DNA of 64,000 nucleotides from an uncultured Ruminococcus sp. (GCA_964621755.1 CAZUPI010000002.1:4442-68441); one strand, 5' to 3'; positions 20,176 through 31,023 are shown, counted from the stretch's first letter. Translations and numbers: made by a program. The notes: generated from the sequence alone by a model not told the origin.

Positions 20176-21117
20176 TTATAATTTTTCTGCCGTTCTGAGT
20201 TTTGCGCTGTGCGAACGCTGATTTATTTTTATCTCCTCATCTGTTGGGAGAATCGGCTTCTTTGTCAATGTTTTGATGACCGGCTTTCCTCCGCACACAC
20301 ACACTGGAAAATCCGGCGGACAGGTACATCCGGTCGCCAGAGACTTAAAAACATCTTTGGTGATTCTGTCCTCAAGCGAGTGAAAGGTGATAACCGCCAT
20401 TCTCCCGCCCGGATTCAGCCGTGCCGCGGCCTCTCTGATGGAAGGCTCTATAGCGTCCAGTTCACCGTTTGTCTCAATCCGCAGCGCCTGAAACGTACGT
20501 CTCGCGGGATGCTGCGCCTCTTTCATACGCTGCGCCACCGGTATCGCGTGCGTCACAAGTTCGGCAAGCTCCGTCGTCGTCTCAATAGGTTTGACCTCAC
20601 GCTGCTCCACAATCGCCGCCGCGATCCGTCCGGCAAAACGCTCTTCGCCATAGTCTCTTATCACACGGCGAAGGTCCTCCGCAGAATAGGCGTTCACAAT
20701 ATCCGCAGCTGACATCCCGCCGCTTCTATCCATACGCATGTCCAGCGGCGCCTCCTCACCGGAGTACGAGAACCCGCGTTCTGCCGTATCAATCTGGTGA
20801 GAGGATACGCCAAGGTCCCACAGCACACCGTCGATTCGGTCCACTCCGATCATATCGAGCGCCGAACCAAAGTTGCGGAAGTTGGTCTTCACGATTTCCC
20901 ATTTTCCTGCATATGGCGCAAGCTTTTCGGAACACGCAGCAATGGCTTCATCGTCGCGGTCGAAACATATCAGACGAGACCCTTCCGGCAATCTTTTCAC
21001 AATCTCAAGTGAGTGACCGCCGCCGCCTGCCGTACAGTCCACAAAGATTCCTCCGCGCTCCGGCGCCAGCGCCTCCATGACCTCACGCACCATGACCGGT
21101 ATATGTGAAAACTCCAT
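20176..21117 (-). CDS. rsmH: 16S rRNA (cytosine1402-N4)-methyltransferase RsmH
   Basis: The N-terminus is HIPVMVREVMEAL, followed by FVDCTAGGGGHS. The ATG at 21117 (MEFSHIPV) is preferred over the track start at 21162. Confidence 0.95.
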   Translation of the reverse strand: MEFSHIPVMVREVMEALAPERGGIFVDCTAGGGGHSLEIVKRLPEGSRLICFDRDDEAIAACSEKLAPYAGKWEIVKTNFRNFGSALDMIGVDRIDGVLWDLGVSSHQIDTAERGFSYSGEEAPLDMRMDRSGGMSAADIVNAYSAEDLRRVIRDYGEERFAGRIAAAIVEQREVKPIETTTELAELVTHAIPVAQRMKEAQHPARRTFQALRIETNGELDAIEPSIREAAARLNPGGRMAVITFHSLEDRITKDVFKSLATGCTCPPDFPVCVCGGKPVIKTLTKKPILPTDEEIKINQRSHSAKLRTAEKL

Positions 21118-21175
21118 AATTCCCCTTCTGCAAGAAAAGCCATTAAAACTGAGCGGACCCAAACGAACCTATACA

Positions 21176-21595
21176 CTACAGCCCAAGCTCGGACAGCATC
21201 TTTGTATAATCGGCGGGCTCGTCGTCGAGCCTTTGCTCGTTCCAGACTTCCTCCGCCCAGATTTCAGCATATCGACCGCATCCCACTGTAATCACGTTCT
21301 TGACAATTCCCGCGAACTTCAGCATATCCGGCGGAAGAAGCACACGTCCCTGTGAATCCGGCTGCACCTCAATCGAGTTGGAATACAAATACCGCGTAAT
21401 TTCCCTCACCTGCGTTCTCGGGAGCGCGCTGATTTTCTCCGCATAGTTTGCCCATTCTTCCGCTGAATATAACGTTAAGCATTTGTCGCTGCCGCGCAAT
21501 ACCGTTATGGGCGAACCAAGCTGCTCCTTGATTTTCGCAGGGATAATAAGCCTTGCTTTGGTGTCAAGGGCGTGATGGTATTTTCCTGTAAGCAC
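21176..21595 (-). CDS. mraZ: Transcriptional regulator MraZ
   Basis: 139 aa, GTG start. It has two SpoVT/AbrB-like halves (DTKARLIIPAKIKEQL and DSQGRVLLPPDMLKFA). It is the first gene of the dcw cluster. Confidence 0.93.
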   Translation of the reverse strand: MLTGKYHHALDTKARLIIPAKIKEQLGSPITVLRGSDKCLTLYSAEEWANYAEKISALPRTQVREITRYLYSNSIEVQPDSQGRVLLPPDMLKFAGIVKNVITVGCGRYAEIWAEEVWNEQRLDDEPADYTKMLSELGL

Positions 21596-21649
21596 GCTCT
21601 TTTCACCACCATATCGTGTATTTTTCCGTATTTATCCACCCTGGTTATT

Positions 21650-21678
21650 ATTATATACTAACTATTACAATAATTCAA
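21650..21678 (-). promoter_or_regulatory. Candidate sigma-A promoter of the dcw cluster (Pmra)
   Basis: On the minus strand: TTGAAT (21678-21673), a 17-nt spacer, then TATAAT (21655-21650), about 50 nt upstream of the mraZ start. Confidence 0.5.
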
Positions 21679-21908
21679 GTAGTTTAAGAAAAAAACGGCA
21701 TGTTATTTTTAATTTAAAGTTCAGTTTTTCCTCCTTTTCCCGTCATTTCCGCCTTGAAACGACGGCTGTTTTTTCTTTTCTGCGCTTTTATCCGCACACA
21801 TATTCCAAATTTCCAATTTTATCCTTTTTATGGATATAAAAAATTCCGATTTTATCCAAAGGTTATTTCCCCATAATTTTCCATATTTATGTAGCGCCGA
21901 GAAACGCG

Positions 21909-21960
21909 TAAGGGGGACCTTTTCCCAAAAGTCCCCCTTGACCTCTTTCAAAATTTTCAA
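21909..21960 (+). repeat. G5/C5 hairpin plus C/T-rich tail intergenic element (degenerate copy), probable terminator downstream of gatB
   Basis: AAGGGGGACCTTTTCCCAAAAGTCCCCCTT is followed by GACCTCTTTCAAAATTTTC. The layout matches the copies at 25286, 27328 and 37891. Confidence 0.5.
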
Positions 21961-22003
21961 GCTGCTTTGGAAACGGCGTCGGGCAGCGTATTCGTGCCTT
22001 ATG

Positions 22004-23469
<1,466 letters not shown>

Positions 23470-23473
<4 letters not shown>

Positions 23474-24960
23474 ATGCGCACCCCTCCGGATAAAGTTTCT
23501 CCCTGCACATCTCCGCAAAGCTCCGCTTCCGCAGCGTACGCGGTGCGATACAGCAGCTTTTCACGCAGTCTGCCGCCCATAAACGTCACCCCGATTGGCA
23601 TACGCCCATCCCCGCCGGCGGGTATCGAAATGGCGGGACAGCCGGTCAGATTGGCAAGGGATGTGAACCGGTCGCTGCCATATAAATCGGTAGGATTTTC
23701 ATCAAAACTGCCAAGGTCAAAGGAGGCTCCATTGGTGGTCGGTATGAGTAAAACGTCGATTTTTGTAAATAAATCGTAAATCCGCTGACAAATCTCCGCC
23801 TGTGATGTTTTGATTTTACGGTAGTAATCCCCATTGTAGGTCGAAGACAGCGCGTAGGTTCCGGCGAGAATCCGGCGTTTAACCTCACTGCCAAACCCCG
23901 AACTGCGCGATTTCTTCATGATGCTTGCAACACTGTCTCCCGACTCTTCGCGAACCGTACGTCCGTACCGCATTCCGTCATACCGTGCAAGATTAGACGA
24001 CGCCTCCGCCGCCGATATCGTGAGATAAATCTCCTCCGCTTCGTCGAGGTACGGCAGGTCGACACAGGTAACGTCCGCGCCGAGCTTCCGCAGCGTCTCC
24101 CCTGCGCGGACCACACACTTCAATGTATCGGCATCCACAAATTGTTCGCATCCCTGCATCACGCCAATTTTCAAGCCGGACACCCCGTCTTCGATTTCGT
24201 CCGTATAATTGACGTCCCGGACGGTCAAGTCAAGCGTCGTCATATCGCGCCCATCCCGTCCAGCAAGCGCCGACAAAACATACGCGCTGTCGCGCACGTC
24301 CCGCGTTATCGGGCAGACTGTGTCAAGAGAGGACGCAAATTCCGTCACGCCGTAGCGCGAAACGACACCGTATGTGGGCTTCATGGCACAGACTCCGCAG
24401 AAGGACGCCGGTTGACGCGCTGAGCCTCCCGTGTCTGTCGCAATCGCCCACGCTGCCATGTGTGCGGCAACGGCGGCAGCAGAACCGCCGGACGATCCGC
24501 CTGCCGACTTTGTTAAGTCAAGCGGATTTTTGGTTGCGCCAAAAATCGACTTTTCGCAGCTTGACCCCATCGCAAACTCGTCGAGGTTCGTCTTTCCGAG
24601 CACCACTCCGCCCTGCTCCACTGCCCGTTCATACACTGTCGCGCAGTACTGCGGCATAAAACCGCGGAGCATCTCAGACGCGCAAGTCATCGGCGCGCCG
24701 CGCATAGCAATATTGTCCTTCACGGCGAACGGAATTCCGCACAGCGCCGGTACCTGCTCTCCTGAGGCAATCATCGCGTCCGCACGCGCCGCTCCCTTTT
24801 TGGCAAGGTCATACGTCTCCGCGACATAAGCGTTGACCGAAGGATTGACAGCCTCGACCTCTTCAACATATGCGCGAAGAACCTCGTCAGCCGTAAATTC
24901 CCTGCGTCTCAGCGCTCGCGACAGCTCAACTACGGTCATTTTCAAAATTTCGTGATTCAT
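23470..24960 (-). CDS. gatA: Glutamyl-tRNA(Gln) amidotransferase subunit A
   Basis: The amidase signature is GGSSGGSAAAVAA. The start is either the ATG at 24972 (overlapping the gatC stop) or the ATG at 24960, which is preceded by a GAGGTG SD; I prefer 24960. Confidence 0.95.
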
Positions 24961-24968
24961 TTGGCACC

Positions 24969-25250
24969 TCATTGCACAACCCGCGGAACTGTCGTCCGCA
25001 CGGTCAGCGAATCCTCATCCCGGCGCACAACATCGTGACAGACCTTTACAACGTCTGCGTCCGTCTCAAGTTTGTCATCCTTCTCCGGTACCGCCACCAG
25101 CCACGCAGTATCCGGTATTCCGGAAGCACTGCCCTTTATCGCTCCGGCTGCCCGCTTTATCATCGCCGCAATTTTTGCAAAATCCTCCTCTAACGCATCC
25201 CAATCCTTTGCATCAAGCATCGCCGCGTCTATAAGAGCTTCCAAATCCAT
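24969..25250 (-). CDS. gatC: Glutamyl-tRNA(Gln) amidotransferase subunit C
   Basis: 93 aa, acidic, immediately upstream of gatA and gatB. Confidence 0.85.
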   Translation of the reverse strand: MDLEALIDAAMLDAKDWDALEEDFAKIAAMIKRAAGAIKGSASGIPDTAWLVAVPEKDDKLETDADVVKVCHDVVRRDEDSLTVRTTVPRVVQ

Positions 25251-25285
25251 ATTGTTCTCCTAATTTTTGTTGTATGGGGAGAACG

Positions 25286-25334
25286 TTAGGGGGATTTTTT
25301 CAAAAAATCCCCCTAAAACCCCCTTAAAACTTTT
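25286..25334 (+). repeat. G5/C5 hairpin plus C-rich tail intergenic element, between nfo and gatC
   Basis: TTAGGGGGATTTTTT/CAAAAAATCCCCCTAA is followed by AACCCCCTTAAAACTTTT. Confidence 0.6.
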
Positions 25335-25409
25335 ATATTATTGATGGAATATAGTTTATCCAAAAAACGAGTCTATATAGGCCTTTTTACAAAAAGGTTC
25401 TCCGGTCCA

Positions 25410-26255
25410 TCACATTTTGTAAACTCCGCGCAGCAAAGCAATTTCGTGCGCATAGCCGTCGAGCTCGTTCGGCGTCTCAAGATAGAACGGCAGACTGCGC
25501 AGAAGCGGGTGGTTGATGACAGCCGTCAGCGCCGGAAGGCCTATGCAGCCCTCGCCGATTTTGGCATGCCTGTCCTTATGAGATGTCGGCGGATTCATGG
25601 AATCGTTCAGATGCACCGCACGGAGCTTATCAATGCCGACAACGCGGTCGAACTCGCGCAGCACACCGTCGAGGTCCCCAATGATATCGTAACCCGCGTC
25701 GCTCACGTGGCAAGTATCGAAGCATACGCCTAAGTTGTCGCGGAAGCGCGTGTCAACACGTTCGATAATTGAGGCAAGCTCTTCAAAAGAGCGTCCGATT
25801 TCCGTCCCTTTTCCCGCCATTGTCTCAAGCATCACAACCGTGCTCATCCCCTCCCACATTACGTGGTCGAGCATATCCGCAATATAGGCAATGCCTATAT
25901 CAACTCCCTGTCCCGTGTGACATCCGGGGTGAAAGTTGTACAGCGAGCCCGGTAGATTTTTCAGAAAAACCAGCTCCTCGTGCATCGACTCACACGAGTA
26001 TTGCCGGACCTCTTCCCTTGCCGAACAGGGGTTATATGTGTACGGCGCGTGCGCAAGCGGCATCACCATCCCACGGTCCGCAATAAACTGCCGAAGCGCC
26101 GCAATATCGTCGGGGTCGGGCTTCTTCGCACTGCGGCTGCCCCCTTTGGGATTTTTTGTAAAATACTGGAATGTGTCCCCGCCAATGGACGCAATCCGCT
26201 CGCCCATTGCAAGATATCCGCCCTCCGTTGATAAATGGCATCCTATCTTTAACAT
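25410..26255 (-). CDS. nfo: Deoxyribonuclease IV (endonuclease IV, AP endonuclease)
   Basis: 281 aa with a TIM-barrel Nfo-like layout (MLKIGCHLS, LETMAGKGTEIG, VCFDTCHVSDAGYD, HLNDS). The SD AAGGAGAG lies upstream. Confidence 0.9.
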   Translation of the reverse strand: MLKIGCHLSTEGGYLAMGERIASIGGDTFQYFTKNPKGGSRSAKKPDPDDIAALRQFIADRGMVMPLAHAPYTYNPCSAREEVRQYSCESMHEELVFLKNLPGSLYNFHPGCHTGQGVDIGIAYIADMLDHVMWEGMSTVVMLETMAGKGTEIGRSFEELASIIERVDTRFRDNLGVCFDTCHVSDAGYDIIGDLDGVLREFDRVVGIDKLRAVHLNDSMNPPTSHKDRHAKIGEGCIGLPALTAVINHPLLRSLPFYLETPNELDGYAHEIALLRGVYKM

Positions 26256-26432
26256 AATTTCAATCTCTCCTTCGGAATCACGCGCCGCCTTTTTTCTATG
26301 TATCGGTCGGTTTTGCGAATTTTGCTTGATTTATTTTTTAATAAAATTGCAAGTTGATTATAAATGTAATAAATTTGTAATAAAATAATTGTATAATTAA
26401 GTACATAACTATAAATTGAAGAGGTATCTCCA

Positions 26433-27305
26433 TTGAAGTCGCGTGTCTACAGATTCCGGGCAGTATGGATGTACTGTCGTGATATCGTCGGACTCATCAC
26501 CGATGATAAAATCACAATCTACGCGGCCCAGGCGTCGTTTTTTGTCATAATCTCCGCCGTGCCGTTTCTCTCCCTCCTCATTTCCATCATCGGTATTGTG
26601 GCGCCTGCTGAAGTGCCGGATTTTTTCGGCAATCTTCCCGTCTCTGATAGTTTTGCCGACATTCTCAACACTATCCTCACTGAGCTGAAGACCGCTCCGA
26701 ACGTTTCCCTGTTGTCCGTTTCCGCCGTGACGACCCTTTGGAGCGCCTCTAAGGGAATCACCGCCATACGAGGCGGCATCGAAAAAGTATACCATGCAAA
26801 GCGCGGAAAAAATATCGTCTCCCGTCGGATAAAGTCGCTTGTGATCACCCTTGTCTTCATCGCCCTTATCGTCGCCGTGGTGGTTCTTCTTTTGTTTGGG
26901 GATTTCATCTCAGACCAGTTGAGCATCATTCACATCTCCGATATCGTACTGCGGATGCGGGCGCCGTTTTTTGTACTGTTCATGTGCATTATCTTCACCG
27001 CGACGTACGCCTTCACGGCCAAGCGAAGCGAATTCGTCAAGGGTGGGATTTTGCCGCACATTCCCGGCGCCGTCTTCTCCTCTGTGGGGTGGGTTGCTTT
27101 CTCTTATTTTTATTCTCTCTACATCAACCATTTTCCGAACGCGTCATACATTTACGGCAGTCTCGCCGCCGTGTGTTTGATTATGCTGTGGCTTTACTTC
27201 TGTATGATAATTCTTCTTCTCGGCGCTGAAGTCAACAAAATCTACTTTGCCGGCAAGCCGCATGATGCGACCGCCTCTGAGGGAGAGAATTCCCGTTCAG
27301 AATAA
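26433..27305 (+). CDS. YihY/BrkB-family membrane protein
   Basis: 290 aa, about 6 TM helices, TTG start with a GAGG SD. The N-terminal ITIYAAQASFFVIISAVPFL is typical of the family. Confidence 0.8.
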   Translation: MKSRVYRFRAVWMYCRDIVGLITDDKITIYAAQASFFVIISAVPFLSLLISIIGIVAPAEVPDFFGNLPVSDSFADILNTILTELKTAPNVSLLSVSAVTTLWSASKGITAIRGGIEKVYHAKRGKNIVSRRIKSLVITLVFIALIVAVVVLLLFGDFISDQLSIIHISDIVLRMRAPFFVLFMCIIFTATYAFTAKRSEFVKGGILPHIPGAVFSSVGWVAFSYFYSLYINHFPNASYIYGSLAAVCLIMLWLYFCMIILLLGAEVNKIYFAGKPHDATASEGENSRSE

Positions 27306-27327
27306 AAATAGCAATATCGTTAATAAC

Positions 27328-27400
27328 TTAGGGGGACCTTTTCTTTCAGGAAAGGTCCCCCTAAGAACCCCTCCAAACCTTTTTTTAGGCGGGGGGAATT
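27328..27400 (+). repeat. G5/C5 hairpin plus C-rich tail plus G-rich box element (full-length copy) between convergent yihY and mltG, probable bidirectional terminator
   Basis: TTAGGGGGACCTTTTCTTTCAGGAAAGGTCCCCCTAA, then GAACCCCTCCAAACCTTTTTTT, then AGGCGGGGGGAATT. It is colinear with the copy at 37891. Confidence 0.65.
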
Positions 27401-27407
27401 ATTATTT

Positions 27408-29009
27408 TCACTGCGCGTCCGGAACGTCGCCCGTTGTCTGCTGAGTCGTCTCGGCGTTGAATTCAGCGATATAAGCGTCATGTTCGGCCTTTGTGGCTGA
27501 GAAGTACGTTACACCTTTATTGGCTACAAAGTAGTAATAATTCGTCGATACTGGCGACAGAGCGGCAAGCATAGCGCTCGCACTGGGATTTGCAATCGGT
27601 CCCGGCGGCAATCCGTCATGGGTGTATGTGTTATACGGCGTATCGTATAACAGGTCACTCGCCGTCACCGTCTTCGGGCGCTCGCCCGTATCATGCGCTA
27701 TCGCATACAGCACCGTCGCGTCACTCTCAAGCTGTGGGAACGACCATTTGTTATTCAAACGGTTATGGAACACCGACGATACTAAGAAGAATTCGGATGA
27801 CGAAGCTGCCTCCTTTTCTATTAAAGAGGCAAGAGTTATCATCTCATCGACTGTGTAGCCAAGCTCGGCACACTGGTCTCGGTATTCCTTTGTGAAGATT
27901 TGCGTGAAGCGTTTCAGCAGCTTATCAATTACGGTTGCTTCGCTTGAACTCTTGTAGAACTCATATGTGTCCGGGAACAGGTATCCGTCTAGACGGTATA
28001 TCCGGTTTTCGGTTCTTCCGCTTTCCTCAAGCTCATCGATAAACCAGTAGTCGAAATCATAATTCTGTATTACGTCCACGTATCCCTCTCGCGTACCGAT
28101 TCCGTACGATACGAACAAATCGATGATTTCATCCGTCGTATAACCTTCCGGTATCGTGATACGTTCCGTTCCGCTGACGGGCTTTTCCTTGAACTCAGCT
28201 AGCAAGGCGTCGTAGTTCATCATCGGAGACACAGAGTACGTGCCGGCTAAGAATTCGCCGTTGTCATGCTCGGCTACCGCGTACAGCTTGAAGATTGTCG
28301 GGTATTTGATAACGTCGTTTTTATACAGAATTTCCGATACCTCCTCAAGTGTCGCATACTCCGGTATCGTAATCTCGACCACCTCATCCGACTTCACGAA
28401 TGCGTACACATCATTCGAAACAACGATCATCGTTATCGCTAAAAATATCGATATCACCAGCACAAATATAATGTAAACTACCGCCCTGACGACGCTGACG
28501 ACTGTGTTGCCTCCCTCGTCGCTCCCGGGATATTTGCGCTCTTTTTTTGTGCTTTTGACACTGCTGTTTCTGTTTTCTGACGCTGTGACACGATGCACAT
28601 TGGCATTCTCGACCGTGCCAATCGACATATCCGTCATCTTGGTCTTCATCAGACCTTCTTCCGCTCTTTGCTGCACCATTCGGTTTCGGGCGGCTGGAGG
28701 AGTGCTCTGCGCCGGCGTATTGGCACTGCCACTACTGCTTGGCCGAACCACTTGTCTGCCCGTTCCCATCCGCGTCTGCGGCACACGATTCTGCTGAGGT
28801 CTTCCCGCACGGGTATTCTGCATATTCTGCGTACCTTGTGTCTTATGCGTATTCTGCGTACCGTTTTCTTGGATGCGGTTCCGCAGGTTTTCGGACGACC
28901 GATTTGCCGTCTGCGGATTTTGGGCACTATTCGGGCGCAGGTTACCTGAACTCGTCCTGTTCGTTGGTCCGTTTTGTTGTGGTTGGTTATAGTTATCCGT
29001 AAATATCAC
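27408..29009 (-). CDS. mltG: Endolytic murein transglycosylase MltG (YceG family) with a long Q/N/R/P-rich N-terminal tail
   Basis: 533 aa. A TM helix (VVRAVVYIIFVLVISIFLAITMIVV) is followed by a YceG domain (LASLIEKEA, YNTYTHDGLPPGPIANP). The GTG start at 29009 is not well supported by an SD, so the exact start is uncertain. Confidence 0.85.
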   Translation of the reverse strand: MIFTDNYNQPQQNGPTNRTSSGNLRPNSAQNPQTANRSSENLRNRIQENGTQNTHKTQGTQNMQNTRAGRPQQNRVPQTRMGTGRQVVRPSSSGSANTPAQSTPPAARNRMVQQRAEEGLMKTKMTDMSIGTVENANVHRVTASENRNSSVKSTKKERKYPGSDEGGNTVVSVVRAVVYIIFVLVISIFLAITMIVVSNDVYAFVKSDEVVEITIPEYATLEEVSEILYKNDVIKYPTIFKLYAVAEHDNGEFLAGTYSVSPMMNYDALLAEFKEKPVSGTERITIPEGYTTDEIIDLFVSYGIGTREGYVDVIQNYDFDYWFIDELEESGRTENRIYRLDGYLFPDTYEFYKSSSEATVIDKLLKRFTQIFTKEYRDQCAELGYTVDEMITLASLIEKEAASSSEFFLVSSVFHNRLNNKWSFPQLESDATVLYAIAHDTGERPKTVTASDLLYDTPYNTYTHDGLPPGPIANPSASAMLAALSPVSTNYYYFVANKGVTYFSATKAEHDAYIAEFNAETTQQTTGDVPDAQ

Positions 29010-29035
29010 CTCTCATATCGATTGAGGTAGTACCG

Positions 29036-29944
29036 CTATAGCTTTGTCAGGGTCGCTACAACGAAAATTATCACGAGAAGCAGAAACGTCGGTGTGATGA
29101 AAGCCTCCGAAATCCGCACGAAGATATTCTTTCTGCGGTCGGCATGGGTTACGTAGTCTGATGCCACGTTTCTGTTTGCCATATCGCGGTAGATTCCGTG
29201 CGCCTCAAAGCACATCAGCATCCCTGATATGATCACCACCGTCGCGAGAATTATCACGAGAAGAGTCATGCTGACATTCTGCTTGTCCACAATGGTCAGC
29301 ACGTATTTCTCGAACAGCAGTACTGCGGCGTTGTTCAGTGCGTGAATGCACACGGACGCGACAACCGAGCGCGTCGCGTATGTAACACCCGACAGCACGA
29401 TACCGGAAAAGAAATACACGGGAAACCGTGCAAAGCTGAAGTGTGACATTGCAAACATGACCGCGCTCATGACAACTGCAATCGACGCGCCGTATCGCTC
29501 ATACTCGCCAATGACGATTCCGCGAAACAGAAATTCCTCCGTCACCGCCGGAAGTACCGCAAACGCAAGCACAAGATATGCGCCGTCGAAAAACCGCTCA
29601 TTCATCGCAAACGACGCATAATCCGTCGTCGAGGAAGCGGCGAACGACTCCGGTGTAACGGTGTACATCAGGACGCTGATGAGCAGCACGCCCGCCACCA
29701 TAAACACCGTCGCATACAGCAAGTACAGGATGTCAGATGAAGCAAACATCCGCAGCCGCACTTTAGCCGAAAAGTCACGTCCGCGCACCTTATAGTAGAA
29801 CAGCGACGGCACGGAGTACGTGATAAGCTGTATCACAACGACCGCCAGATAGGGATTTTCGTTCAGCCCAAGCGCATCCGCGGACAAAAAGCGCGCCGCT
29901 AAAATCAGCAGAAACACCACGATGAGGAGCACCGGGGTGAACAT
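29036..29944 (-). CDS. CPBP-family intramembrane glutamic endopeptidase
   Basis: The motifs are TEEFLFRG and CIHALNN in a polytopic protein. The track ORF extends to 30214, but that part overlaps the upstream cyclo-ligase gene. The ATG at 29944 (MFTPVLLIVVF) is the plausible start. Confidence 0.8.
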   Translation of the reverse strand: MFTPVLLIVVFLLILAARFLSADALGLNENPYLAVVVIQLITYSVPSLFYYKVRGRDFSAKVRLRMFASSDILYLLYATVFMVAGVLLISVLMYTVTPESFAASSTTDYASFAMNERFFDGAYLVLAFAVLPAVTEEFLFRGIVIGEYERYGASIAVVMSAVMFAMSHFSFARFPVYFFSGIVLSGVTYATRSVVASVCIHALNNAAVLLFEKYVLTIVDKQNVSMTLLVIILATVVIISGMLMCFEAHGIYRDMANRNVASDYVTHADRRKNIFVRISEAFITPTFLLLVIIFVVATLTKL

Positions 29945-29976
29945 AGTCGCTTTTGGCTTGGCTACAGGAGGCACAG

Positions 29977-30585
29977 TTACGCCTTTCCGGGACGTGTCTT
30001 TTTCTGGTCTTTGGTGACACGAACTCCCTTTTCGGTAAGAAGGATATCCACTGACACATCGAACCGCCCGCGCGGCACTTCGTTCAGGATATAGTCCGAG
30101 TAAACCACGCCGATGGTGCATCCCGAAAAGATAGAGAGATACCGGTCGTAGAATCCCTTGCCATATCCGAGGCGGTAACCCTCCTTGTCGTACACCAGTC
30201 CGGGGACGAAGCAAACCGCTCCGCCCGTCTCGTTCTGCGCATCGTATACGGGATTTTCTTCCGGCGGCTCGCAGATACCGTATGCATCCGGTTTCAGCTC
30301 ATCAAGGGACGTTACCTCGTGGTACTTCATAGTATGGGTCTTCTTGTCGCATTTTGGGAACAGCACCTTCTTCCCCTTTGCAAACGCCGCCTCCGCAATG
30401 GCGGAAACGTCGATTTCATCCGCGGACGCCGCGTACAAAAGCACGTACTCCGCATATCGGAAGCTGATAAGCCCCTCCGCAGCCGTACAGATAGCGGAGT
30501 CACGCTTCTGCTTTTCCTCCGCGCTCATCTGGCGGCGAAGCTGCTTATATTCCTCTCTGATGTCGTCTTTTTGTTTTTTTATCAT
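29977..30585 (-). CDS. 5-formyltetrahydrofolate cyclo-ligase
   Basis: The family motifs are VCFVPGLVYDKEGYRLGYGKGFYDRYL. The family-length protein starts at the ATG at 30585 (MIKKQKDD). The reading frame stays open upstream to 30648/30678 through the duplicated tmk initiation region (see findings). Confidence 0.85.
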   Translation of the reverse strand: MIKKQKDDIREEYKQLRRQMSAEEKQKRDSAICTAAEGLISFRYAEYVLLYAASADEIDVSAIAEAAFAKGKKVLFPKCDKKTHTMKYHEVTSLDELKPDAYGICEPPEENPVYDAQNETGGAVCFVPGLVYDKEGYRLGYGKGFYDRYLSIFSGCTIGVVYSDYILNEVPRGRFDVSVDILLTEKGVRVTKDQKKTRPGKA

Positions 30586-30636
30586 TTCGCAAGCACAGCA
30601 GCACCAAGTTCCTCTGCTGCCTTCTCTCCTTTCATA

Positions 30637-31023
30637 AAATTTACTCATAATGTTCACTTCCGGGATAAATTTTCTCAATCAAACGGCGCGTCGTCTTTGA
30701 GCACCATCTCCATATATTGCTGCTTTGTTATCAGCACTCTGCGCGGCTTCTGACCTTCCGATCCGCTGACATAGCCGAGGTTTTCCATTGCGTCTATCAA
30801 TTTTGCCGCACGTCCGTAGCCGAGGGACAGTTTGCGCTGTATTAGGGATGTCGATATTTTTCCGCTGTCGACCGCAAGCTCTATGGCAGCCTTCAGCATG
30901 GGGTCTTCGTTTTCTCCATCCTCGTCAGACTGCACAGCGCCTCCGGCAGACACAGACGCGCCCTTCTTCCCTCCCCCGCATTTCAGCGTTTCCTGCTCAA
31001 TTTGCTTCTGCACTTCCTCGGAA
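30637..31023. repeat. 387-bp direct repeat, copy 1 (ectopic copy of the ftsK 3' end plus tmk start)
   Basis: My base-by-base comparison with 32344-32730 (offset 1707) found one mismatch (30989 T versus 32696 C). Confidence 0.9.

Noticed and set aside
21600-21650. Two GGTGG motifs upstream of mraZ, considered as MraZ operator repeats.
   Set aside because: They are about 31 nt apart rather than the regular ~10-nt spaced direct repeats described for MraZ operators, and there are only two copies. This is insufficient evidence.
29945-30214. A 90-aa N-terminal extension of the CPBP protease ORF.
   Set aside because: It overlaps the 3' end of the cyclo-ligase gene in another frame and is Arg/Pro/Gly-rich. 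The hydrophobic family-typical sequence begins at the ATG at 29944.
30649-30678. The MRKFIPEVNI N-terminal extension shown by the ORF track for both the cyclo-ligase (30678) and tmk (32385).
   Set aside because: Both extensions begin at a TTG lying within the stop region of the upstream gene. The tmk SD is positioned for the ATG (MSKF) ten codons downstream.
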